NCBI GenBank assembly: GCA_041664205.1
Contig: JBAYLF010000004.1
Span: 12,297-76,296 of the forward strand
Reading direction: 5' to 3'
Length of the DNA: 64,000 nucleotides
DNA from: Minisyncoccota bacterium
GTDB lineage: Bacteria; Patescibacteriota; Minisyncoccia; Phycocordibacterales; JBAYLF01
The notes beneath the pieces were generated by a model that saw only the letters and a program-made list of their open reading frames with translations, was not told where the DNA came from and did not search any database. This document shows positions 51,140-59,229 of this stretch, one piece after another (within the stretch, counting starts at the first letter, position 1; each line of letters opens with the position of its first letter). The position numbers and the translations under genes were made by a program.

Positions 51140-51409
51140 ATGAATGCGATCGAGTTCCTTAAAGAACGACTTGAGGTCGTTGAAAAATATGAATGCAAGA
51201 TTACTGATTCTCTTTATCTTAGAAAGCGTAGCTTTATAAATACTGTAAATATATTGATTAAATTAATAAATCCTAACGCAACACTAACAAAGGGACAGCA
51301 AGAAATTATTTTTTCTATGGTAGACCCATGGCGTCTTTCCTTAAATGATGATCATTGTGTTGAATTGCTTCTACCGATAGCAACTTATATCAACAGTTGT
51401 CATGAGTAA
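51140..51409 (+). CDS. Hypothetical protein flanked by identical hairpins
   Basis: 89-aa ORF. Confidence 0.55.
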   Translation: MNAIEFLKERLEVVEKYECKITDSLYLRKRSFINTVNILIKLINPNATLTKGQQEIIFSMVDPWRLSLNDDHCVELLLPIATYINSCHE

Positions 51410-51428
51410 ATAAAAAGATCAACAAAAA

Positions 51429-51465
51429 CGCCCCGCGAATCGTAAAACGATCGCGGGGCTTTATT
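51429..51465. repeat. 37-bp terminator-like hairpin, copy 2
   Basis: cgccccgcgaatcgtaaaacgatcgcggggctttatt. Confidence 0.9.
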
Positions 51466-51467
51466 TT

Positions 51468-51905
51468 TTATTTAATATGATAGAACAAATGAATACATAT
51501 ATCTTCGTCCATAATTAAAGTCATCGAAAGTGCTTCTTGTGGAGTTACCCAAACATATTCCGTATGCTCTCTTGGATCGATAATAATTTTTGGCTTTTGC
51601 TCGAGTTCCAAATGAAACATGTGATAAACGAATTCGTATTCAGGATAACGAACATAAACCACTTTAAAAAAGTTAATTTGAACAGGATCCGCCTCAAAGC
51701 CAGTTTCCTCTTGGAGCTCTCTTATAATAGCGACCCATTCATTTTCTCCTTTTTTAGCTTTTCCACCGGGAGCACACCAAGTGTCATTTCCTGGTCTGAT
51801 GGTCTTCTTGCGATGTAAAAGTAAAATTTCTCCATCAGCTTCCAAAAAACAGCCGACGGATTGAAATACTGGCGAAAACCTTACAGGTTTGGTTAGTGAT
51901 AACAT
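51468..51905 (-). CDS. NUDIX hydrolase
   Basis: PGGKAKKGE..AIIRELQEETG Nudix box. Confidence 0.93.
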   Translation of the reverse strand: MLSLTKPVRFSPVFQSVGCFLEADGEILLLHRKKTIRPGNDTWCAPGGKAKKGENEWVAIIRELQEETGFEADPVQINFFKVVYVRYPEYEFVYHMFHLELEQKPKIIIDPREHTEYVWVTPQEALSMTLIMDEDICIHLFYHIK

Positions 51906-52005
51906 AATTTATTTTTCTTTCTGAGGCTATTTAAGCACAAAATATGAAAATACGGAAACATCAAAAAGGCTCGGCTTACGCCGAGCCTTAATTTAAAAAT
52001 ACATT

Positions 52006-52272
52006 TTATTTCCCAAGATCTGACATTTGAATAGGACTTTGTATATTAGGAGGAGTCATATCAATTTTTCCGAACTGTTTTTCATAATTCTCTACCTGAC
52101 TATTCATCCACATAGCAATGCTTTTCATAACTTGTGGCGTAGTAGCAAAAGAATCTAAATTATTTCCGGAAGTTAGGACGAAGGTAAAAATTTCTTTGCC
52201 GTATGCACCGATCGCGCCATCGCAAAACTTTTTTGGCAATTGGTTCAGATCTATCTTTGTTGGGTCAATCAT
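52006..52272 (-). CDS. Small conserved protein (DUF3467-like)
   Basis: TPQVMKS....QVENYEKQFGKI pattern. Confidence 0.55.
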   Translation of the reverse strand: MIDPTKIDLNQLPKKFCDGAIGAYGKEIFTFVLTSGNNLDSFATTPQVMKSIAMWMNSQVENYEKQFGKIDMTPPNIQSPIQMSDLGK

Positions 52273-52367
52273 AAGTTTGTTTAATTAAAATTAATACATT
52301 CGTATTCTATCATGAAATTAAATAAAGCCTTTATTTTTTATAAAAAATGTGGCAAAATGGCACCATT

Positions 52368-52439
52368 GGCCCTATCGTCTAATGGTTAGGACGCCGGCTT
52401 CTCAAGCCGTTAATCCGGGTTCGACTCCCGGTAGGGTCA
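52368..52439 (+). tRNA. tRNA-Glu (CTC)
   Basis: Acceptor ggcccta/tagggtc; anticodon loop ttCTCaa; T-loop gttcgactc; CCA not encoded. Confidence 0.95.
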
Positions 52440-52590
52440 CAAAGATTGAGCAAAGCGAAAGCTTTGTGACCCTGAGCGAGCAAACTGCTTTGCTCACGTC
52501 CGGGAGTCGAAAGGCTTTTCGTTATCGAGCCGAGCTTTGCGAGGTGAGATCGAAAAGCATCCGCGACGGTAGTCGAGACTCCCCCCCCCT
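52440..52590. repeat. tRNA-derived structured element with inverted and direct copies of the tRNA 3' end
   Basis: 52462-52473 and 52500-52511 are reverse complements of 52433-52444 and 52420-52431; gactccc recurs at 52577-52583. Confidence 0.85.
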
Positions 52591-52910
52591 GTAGTGTCAA
52601 ATTAAAAAAACAAAGTTTAATACTTAATAAATCATAAAAACCAGGCATTTACCTGGTTTTTTGCTTTCGCATGTTAATAATATTTTTACATACATATTAG
52701 TAAAAATATAATATTCATACAATTTTAAAAATACAAGCCAAGTAAAAATGGTAAATGGTGTAAAAACACCCAGCAAACAAAGCGACACTCAGCAAACAAC
52801 CAACATGAAAACTAGACATTAAAATAGACATCATGAAAAATAAATGTTGTAAGTGGTAAACATCAGTAAATATCAATGGACAGACAACAATCAACTGGTA
52901 TAATAGAAAT

Positions 52911-53330
52911 ATGACATACGAAAATAAACAATTTGAAGAATTTATCGCACCTACAGGACGTATAACACCTCTTGTTACTTTTGATCCATCAGGTCGCCTT
53001 TACTTATCATCTGCACTTACACAAATACACAAGCTAAACGAAAAAGATTTCCCTGATGTTAAAATTTATTTTAACAAAAGTGACGAAATCATAGCGATAA
53101 AACCTCTTAAAAACAAAGAGAATGGTTCTATTAAGTTAAAATATGGAAAACAAGGTGGTGGATTTATTAACAGTAGAGCATTTGCAATTAAGTATGAAAT
53201 GGTTGATAAAACTGAAAATGGAGATTTTAAATTGAAAGATAAATACAAAGGAAAATACTATATTACAGATGAAGAAATAACTGGTATTGGTAGAGTGTTT
53301 ATTTTAAAGTTAAGAGATAGAAGAAAATAG
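52911..53330 (+). CDS. Hypothetical protein, AbrB/MraZ-like fold suspected
   Basis: VTFDPSGRLYL resembles the DxxGR motif of MraZ; TATAAT 6 nt before ATG. Confidence 0.55.
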   Translation: MTYENKQFEEFIAPTGRITPLVTFDPSGRLYLSSALTQIHKLNEKDFPDVKIYFNKSDEIIAIKPLKNKENGSIKLKYGKQGGGFINSRAFAIKYEMVDKTENGDFKLKDKYKGKYYITDEEITGIGRVFILKLRDRRK

Positions 53331-53446
53331 AAAAAACACCCCGTTATCTGAGCTGTGAGGCAAAAATACATTACTAGGCACCGTTTCCAACGATGATAAG
53401 TGATGAATACTCACAGCTCAGATAACGGGGTGTTTCAACTTATACG
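53331..53446 (-). ncRNA. Candidate ~115-nt rod-shaped RNA
   Basis: Perfect 26-bp inverted repeat 53334-53359/53410-53435 with structured loop and minus-strand U-run. Confidence 0.45.
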
Positions 53447-53450
53447 CAAC

Positions 53451-53479
53451 ATAATAGTATAAACTATCTTAGATGTCAA
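53451..53479 (-). promoter_or_regulatory. Sigma70-type promoter facing the rod hairpin
   Basis: TTGACA-17-TATTAT on minus strand. Confidence 0.65.
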
Positions 53480-53558
53480 TATTAACTATGAATAAACTCT
53501 AATAATCATTCATAAAAAAATTTAATACATATCAAGCATTTAGCAAAATTTAACCTTC

Positions 53559-54863
53559 CTATTTCTTCCTTTGCCATTCTTTTTCTTGGCGGACTAGGAG
53601 TTTTTCTTTGTCTTCTGGATGTTCCATAACTTCTTCAACTACTCTTTCCATTCTCATTCCTTGCGAGCCTTTTACTAAAACAACATCGCCTGCGCCGAGC
53701 ATCTGTTCCAAAAATTTTCCAGCCTCGCGAGAATTATCAAATTGGTAAATATTTTTTTCATCCATTCCATTATCAAGCGCGCCTTCGGCAATTGATCTTG
53801 CCCTTAAGCCTACTGTAAAAAGAATATTGGCAGAATCAGATGCAAGCATTCCTATCTCTTTATGCGCTTCGGTTGAATACTTCCCTATTTCAAGCATATC
53901 ACCGAACACCGCGATCTTCTTACCAGAAACATTTAGACTTTTCAAAGTTAGCACGGCTTCTTCCATCGCGATCGGCGACGCGTTGTATCCATCGTCTATT
54001 ATCATTGTTTTTTTAATTCCGGAAACAAGCTTCATTCTTCCGTTAGGAGTAATGTGATTATTTAAAACATCATTCATACTTACCGGATTTATTTCTTCAG
54101 AATAGCCGACAGCAAAAGCGGCAGCCAAAGGATAAACTTGTTGAATTCCTAAAACGCCTTTTATATGAGTCGGCAAGCTATTGTTGCCGTAATTCATTTT
54201 GAATGAAATTCCGCTAGGCAAAGTTACGCCTTCATAATTTTCATAATCAACGCCGTAATGCGAAGCGACTATATCGGCACGTCCATCAAAACCATATGTA
54301 AATGTTTTTCTTTTTGTAGCTTCTTTTAGAGCTAAAACATCTTCATCGTCGCAATTTAAAATTAAACTTCCTTTTTGTTTTAGAGCGTGCGCCAAATAAC
54401 TTTTTTCTCTAATAACTTCTTCGCGCGAATTAAAAAATTCAACGTGGACCGGCACTTTTCCAAAACGAGTAATAACAACAATATCCGGATGAAGCCAATT
54501 CGTGACTTTCTTTATATCTCCCGGTCTGTCTGCTCCAACTTCTAGGATCAGCCACTTTGGATATTTTTGCGTAAAAACTATGAGAAATAATCCATGAAAA
54601 ATATTCTCCAGCCAGATAAAAGGATTTCCCCACCCTGTGTCGCATCCCAAAATAGTAAGCGGAATTCCGAGCTCACTGTTAAAACTTTTTTCGCTTTTGC
54701 GGACATGATAGGCGCTCGCAAGAACAGTATAGATCGCATCTTTAGTAGATGTTTTTCCTACACTACCTGTGACCGCAACAATTTTTGGATTGTATTTTCG
54801 AAGCACTAGCTTTGCTTCTTTTTGCAGTATGTATGTGATTGTTTCTTTAAAAAATTTTTTCAT
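53559..54863 (-). CDS. murF: UDP-MurNAc-tripeptide--D-Ala-D-Ala ligase
   Basis: VTGSVGKTSTK, N.ELG.PL, DDGYNASP, GDMLE.G, LVKGS. Confidence 0.95.
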   Translation of the reverse strand: MKKFFKETITYILQKEAKLVLRKYNPKIVAVTGSVGKTSTKDAIYTVLASAYHVRKSEKSFNSELGIPLTILGCDTGWGNPFIWLENIFHGLFLIVFTQKYPKWLILEVGADRPGDIKKVTNWLHPDIVVITRFGKVPVHVEFFNSREEVIREKSYLAHALKQKGSLILNCDDEDVLALKEATKRKTFTYGFDGRADIVASHYGVDYENYEGVTLPSGISFKMNYGNNSLPTHIKGVLGIQQVYPLAAAFAVGYSEEINPVSMNDVLNNHITPNGRMKLVSGIKKTMIIDDGYNASPIAMEEAVLTLKSLNVSGKKIAVFGDMLEIGKYSTEAHKEIGMLASDSANILFTVGLRARSIAEGALDNGMDEKNIYQFDNSREAGKFLEQMLGAGDVVLVKGSQGMRMERVVEEVMEHPEDKEKLLVRQEKEWQRKK

Positions 54864-54891
54864 TTTGATTTGCTTTTTTAATTACGAATTT

Positions 54892-56589
54892 TTATCTATC
54901 TGGCGGAACTTCATAATAATTTATCAAAAACTTCGTAATATCTATGAACGGTTCTGTAAGAGTGTGTGAAGCAAAACTCACACCTTTTGGTTCTACAGTG
55001 TATAAAAATATAAGATACTTAGCGTTATAAGCAGGAAAATATCCGAAGAACGAGTGAAGATATTTATCTGCATAATACCCCCCTGATTCATTGTTGGCAA
55101 TTTGAGCTGTTCCGGTTTTTGCGGCAATGCTGTAGTTTTGCATTTTGACTGTTCCTCCAAGAAGCGCTTTATCAACAACCTCTACAAGCATTCGAGTTAT
55201 CTCTTCGGAGCTTTCTTTCTTCAAAACTCTTTTACCGTCCTGAATAGCAATATTTTTCGATGTTCCAATTTTGTAATCAATTTTTTTGACCACATGAGGA
55301 TTGATGAGCAAGCCTCCATTAGCAAGCGAGGAGAGCGCCCTGACAGTCTCTATTGGCGTAACCGCAATACCTTGTCCGAAAGCAGCGGTGGCATGTTCTA
55401 CATCTCTAGATGAGTCTAAATTTTTTACCATACCTCGAACTTCGTTCGGAAGATCAATTCCTGTTTCTTCTCCGAGCCCATATGAAAGCAAATATTCACT
55501 AAGAGCTTTATTACCCATTTTCCCCGCAACAAAAGCCATACCAACATTGAGCGACTGGTTTAAAACCTCCTGCATGTCAACCACACCTCTAGCCTTTTTA
55601 TCAAAGTTGTAAATCGTCTTATTATTCAAAGTTATGGAACCTTTATCGTTGTAAGTTGTGTGAGCTGTAACAGCCTTCATATCTAAGGCAGCAGCCATTG
55701 TGAGAGGCTTCATAATAGATCCCATTTCGTAAACGCTTTCGACTAACGGATTAGAAAAAATGCCCGGATCTTTTTCTGCATTGTAGGTGTTCGGATCAAA
55801 TGTCGGATAAACAGACATTGCATAGATCTCACCATTTTGAGGATTTATAACAATCCCCGCAGTGAATTTCGAGTTCCATTTTTCGTTCACCTTTTTTAAT
55901 TCAGAATCAAGAGCTGCTGAGATTGACGGATCGATAGTGGTTATAAGATCGCCTTCTGACCTGTCGTTCGTAAGATTATTTATATTCAAAAATAGATCAG
56001 CAAAAAAATTAGTGTAAACATTTTGATTGTCTCTGGCTAAAAGATCATCGTAATATCTTTCCAATCCATACTGACCGCTTAACACATCTCCCTTCCAGCC
56101 GACGAAACCTAAAACATTGGAGGCTAATTTATTTCCTGGATAAGTTCGCCATCTATCTTCATAAATACTCACTCCTTTTATTTTTAATGCAAAAATTTTC
56201 TGAGCGACATCATCAGGAACTCTGCGAGCTATTTCTTCATACGAATCATCTTTCTTTCCAGCTTGACTAATAAAAGTATTTTTATCAATAGGAGTTATGC
56301 TTGAAATTTTTGTGTATGCATCTTCAACATTTTCAATGAGTTTTGGATTTATTGTTAGAGTAAATCCAGAATTTAAGGTTGCAGCTCTAAAAAGCTCGCC
56401 ATCTTTATTTTGAAAATAGATAGTTCCTCTATCATAAACATTTTGAGTAGAATTTGTATATTGATGATTCGCTTTCAGTCTGAAAGAATCGCCATTTACA
56501 ATTTGAACTAGATAAAGTTTGAATACCAAACAAGATGCAAAAAGAAAAATAAGTCCTATTATAATATATATTCTTATGGTCTTTTGCAT
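54892..56589 (-). CDS. ftsI: Class B PBP (FtsI/PBP3)
   Basis: YEMGSIMK, SLN, KTGTAQ; position in dcw cluster. Confidence 0.9.
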   Translation of the reverse strand: MQKTIRIYIIIGLIFLFASCLVFKLYLVQIVNGDSFRLKANHQYTNSTQNVYDRGTIYFQNKDGELFRAATLNSGFTLTINPKLIENVEDAYTKISSITPIDKNTFISQAGKKDDSYEEIARRVPDDVAQKIFALKIKGVSIYEDRWRTYPGNKLASNVLGFVGWKGDVLSGQYGLERYYDDLLARDNQNVYTNFFADLFLNINNLTNDRSEGDLITTIDPSISAALDSELKKVNEKWNSKFTAGIVINPQNGEIYAMSVYPTFDPNTYNAEKDPGIFSNPLVESVYEMGSIMKPLTMAAALDMKAVTAHTTYNDKGSITLNNKTIYNFDKKARGVVDMQEVLNQSLNVGMAFVAGKMGNKALSEYLLSYGLGEETGIDLPNEVRGMVKNLDSSRDVEHATAAFGQGIAVTPIETVRALSSLANGGLLINPHVVKKIDYKIGTSKNIAIQDGKRVLKKESSEEITRMLVEVVDKALLGGTVKMQNYSIAAKTGTAQIANNESGGYYADKYLHSFFGYFPAYNAKYLIFLYTVEPKGVSFASHTLTEPFIDITKFLINYYEVPPDR

Positions 56590-56685
56590 AAAATAATTCG
56601 GTTAGACAAAACAAATTCTGAATGAATATTCAACTTTCTAACAAAAGCCCAGCTTACTTTTAGCGCCAATATATCGATTGTTATT

Positions 56686-57012
56686 TTATTGATAGGTTTT
56701 GGAACTTGGAGCCTCTCCGAGAGTGCGCTTCGTTATAAATTTTGGTTTTGAAATTGCTTTAAAACCCATCTCGCTTGCTAGAGCAAGATTTACACCATCT
56801 TTTACTTTAAAATATTCTGATTCTAAAACATTAACTTTTGAGGTTGAAATGGATAGATCGTTTGATAAGCGCTTTATTTGAACAGTGTTCAAAACTGCAT
56901 TCTGAACAAGGTATACATAAACGCATAAAAGTAGAGACAAGCACAAAATAACAACCCAAACGAATGGTTTGACCAACTCTTCATTTGTTATTGCTTTTGT
57001 AATATATCTCAT
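56686..57012 (-). CDS. FtsL-like bitopic protein
   Basis: TM plus coiled coil and A.EMGF; lies between rsmH and ftsI. Confidence 0.65.
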   Translation of the reverse strand: MRYITKAITNEELVKPFVWVVILCLSLLLCVYVYLVQNAVLNTVQIKRLSNDLSISTSKVNVLESEYFKVKDGVNLALASEMGFKAISKPKFITKRTLGEAPSSKTYQ

Positions 57013-57022
57013 ATGTTTTTTA

Positions 57023-57913
57023 TTATTTTTGAATAATCCTAAGCTTTGCACTTCTCGATCTTGGATTATTTCTTAATTCTTCTTCGCTTGGAACTATTGG
57101 CTTTTTCGTGATTATTGTTGCTTCGCCGTTATCCTTAAGCTCCCTAAAATAATTTTTCACTATTCTGTCTTCTAGGCTATGAAAGGCAATAACTGCGATC
57201 CTTCCGCCTTTTGATAATCTTTCAAATACTTTCCTCAATCCTTCTTTTAGCGATTCCGTCTCGCCATTAACTGCTATTCTTAATGCTTGGAAAGTTTTTG
57301 TCGCGCAATTGATCCTTCCATTTCGGTAAAATCCCGGCACTGCGCTTTCTATGATCCGAACTAAATGAAATGTTGTTTCTATCGGTTCAATTTTTCTTTG
57401 CTCCACTATCGCTCTCGCGATCCTTAAAGCAAATCTTTCATCTCCGTAACCGTAGATTATATCTGCGATATTTTGTTCCTCCCATTCATTAACTATTTCT
57501 CTGGCGGTAATATCTGATTCGCCTGGGTCTGTTTTAAATGTCATTAGCAACGGTTCATCTTTTTGAAAACTGAATCCCCTTTTGCTTTCTTCGAGCTGAT
57601 TTGAGCTTAAGCCGAGATCGAATACAACTTTGTCTACCGTGTCTATTTTTAATTCATCTAAAACTTTATCTACATTTCTAAAATTTTCTTCCTTAAGAAC
57701 AAAATCTGCATCAAGAGATTCTAAAAGTTCTTTTGCCTTCAGAAGAGCGTTATGATCTTGGTCAATACCAATTATCTTTATTCCGCTTCCAAATTCTCTT
57801 GCCACTTTAGACGAATGCCCTCCTCCATTGATCGTGCAATCAAGAAAGATGTCGCCTTCATTTAGCTCTAACCCCTCTATGACTTCATTTAAAAGAACTG
57901 TGATGTGCTGCAT
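57023..57913 (-). CDS. rsmH: 16S rRNA m4C1402 methyltransferase
   Basis: H..VL, GGGHS, DLGLSS.QL, FQALRIAVN, FHSLEDR, NPRSRSAKLR. Confidence 0.97.
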   Translation of the reverse strand: MQHITVLLNEVIEGLELNEGDIFLDCTINGGGHSSKVAREFGSGIKIIGIDQDHNALLKAKELLESLDADFVLKEENFRNVDKVLDELKIDTVDKVVFDLGLSSNQLEESKRGFSFQKDEPLLMTFKTDPGESDITAREIVNEWEEQNIADIIYGYGDERFALRIARAIVEQRKIEPIETTFHLVRIIESAVPGFYRNGRINCATKTFQALRIAVNGETESLKEGLRKVFERLSKGGRIAVIAFHSLEDRIVKNYFRELKDNGEATIITKKPIVPSEEELRNNPRSRSAKLRIIQK

Positions 57914-57916
57914 AAA

Positions 57917-58351
57917 TTAAATCGCTCCGATTTCTCCTAATTTTTCCGCAAGCTGATTTGCTTCGTTCTGCATTTTCTTTTTGTATTCTTCCCATTTATC
58001 TTCATTCCATATTTCTACTCGATTGAAAACGCCCGCAAAAACAACTTTCGATCCGAGGGTTGCGAAATTTTTTAGAAAATCTGGTATTAGTATTCGGCCC
58101 ATTGTATCAACATCGATCTCTACTGCGCCTGCGAGAATAAATCGGTTGAATCCTCTGCGATCAGCCTGACCCATTCCCAACTCTCCTAATTTTTCCGAGA
58201 TCTTTTTCCATTCCGGAAGAGAGTAGAGGAAAAGACAATTATCCAAACCGTGTGTGATAACGATCTTTTTTCCTACCTCCTTACGAAACTTGACCGGCAA
58301 TGATATCCGATTTTTTTCATCAACTGTGTGTTTGTATTCACCGATAAGCAT
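57917..58351 (-). CDS. mraZ: Transcriptional regulator MraZ
   Basis: GEY.HTVDEKNR, D.MGRILIP, RVEIW. Confidence 0.97.
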   Translation of the reverse strand: MLIGEYKHTVDEKNRISLPVKFRKEVGKKIVITHGLDNCLFLYSLPEWKKISEKLGELGMGQADRRGFNRFILAGAVEIDVDTMGRILIPDFLKNFATLGSKVVFAGVFNRVEIWNEDKWEEYKKKMQNEANQLAEKLGEIGAI

Positions 58352-58425
58352 AATATTTAAGAAAAATTGGTAATTAAGTCTAAAAAACTAAACTGAATCG
58401 GCCAAATCACTAGTTTTATTTAATT

Positions 58426-58471
58426 TTCCACTTCATCCCACTTAGTTCCATTTTACACCACCTGTTACCAT
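58426..58471 (-). promoter_or_regulatory. MraZ-binding direct repeats
   Basis: (G/A)TGG repeats at 10-bp period (58428, 58438, 58448, 58458, 58468). Confidence 0.75.
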
Positions 58472-58487
58472 TTCGCCATGCAAAATG

Positions 58488-58496
58488 TGTGGATAA
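58488..58496 (-). promoter_or_regulatory. Perfect DnaA box
   Basis: tgtggataa = TTATCCACA on minus strand. Confidence 0.55.
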
Positions 58497-58630
58497 CTAG
58501 AGGTTTTTTAGTTGAAATACTTGATAAAATGGTTGACAAATATACGTATTTCGTGTTATCTTACTTCGAGACGAATCTGATAAGGTGTTGGGTTCAAAAA
58601 CTGTTAAAATCTGAAATAAAAAGGCCATAT

Positions 58631-58828
58631 ATGACAGCAAAGAGAGTTTCGATAAAAAAAGAAGGCAATAGGCTCGTATTTAAAATTAATACGAAGAGAA
58701 CGCATCTGGTATTACTGGGTGGTCTGCCGGGCCAAATATTTGGAAGTGAAGGCTGTATTCCTGATATCGTAGAAAAAGGCAGTGTTTACAGCTTTGGAAT
58801 AAGGCTCAAACATAAAGCACGCAAATAG
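58631..58828 (+). CDS. Small hypothetical protein (orphan)
   Basis: ATG after aaaagg; TTGACA promoter upstream; hairpin near 58848-58880. Confidence 0.5.
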   Translation: MTAKRVSIKKEGNRLVFKINTKRTHLVLLGGLPGQIFGSEGCIPDIVEKGSVYSFGIRLKHKARK

Positions 58829-58938
58829 CAGACGACAGCGACAAATCAAGCCCTCGGTGTTTTAAACATCGAGGGCTTTTCTTATATATAGTTAATTGAC
58901 AATCATTATTATTTTAAGTATTGTATGCCAAGATAAAT

Positions 58939-59175
58939 ATGGACACACAAACAGTATTGTCACTTATTTTTTATGGGGTTTTGTTTACACTTTGTTTTAC
59001 AAACTCCCTTACGGTTCAGTTACTAAATTCTGAAAATATTGAAAACAAATTATTCAAAGCTATTGCAGTTATGGTTATTTTAATTTTAATAGGAATATTC
59101 TTTTGCTTACTAGGAGATATATTTAACCTGATTGGAAAATTCCTATTAGCACCGATCTTTTACTGTTTTAAATAA
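58939..59175 (+). CDS. Small membrane protein (orphan)
   Basis: Two hydrophobic segments; hairpin 59182-59216. Confidence 0.5.
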   Translation: MDTQTVLSLIFYGVLFTLCFTNSLTVQLLNSENIENKLFKAIAVMVILILIGIFFCLLGDIFNLIGKFLLAPIFYCFK

Positions 59176-59229
59176 CAATTTAAATTCCCCGCACTTATTA
59201 CAAGCGCGGGGAATTTTTTTTAAATTATA

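Noticed and set aside
51060-51465. Integron attC sites
   Set aside because: No RYYYAAC/GTTRRRY ends and no integrase in the window.
52349-52648. ORFs 52349-52594 (+) and 52379-52648 (-)
   Set aside because: They overlap the tRNA and its GC-rich structured trailer; likely spurious.
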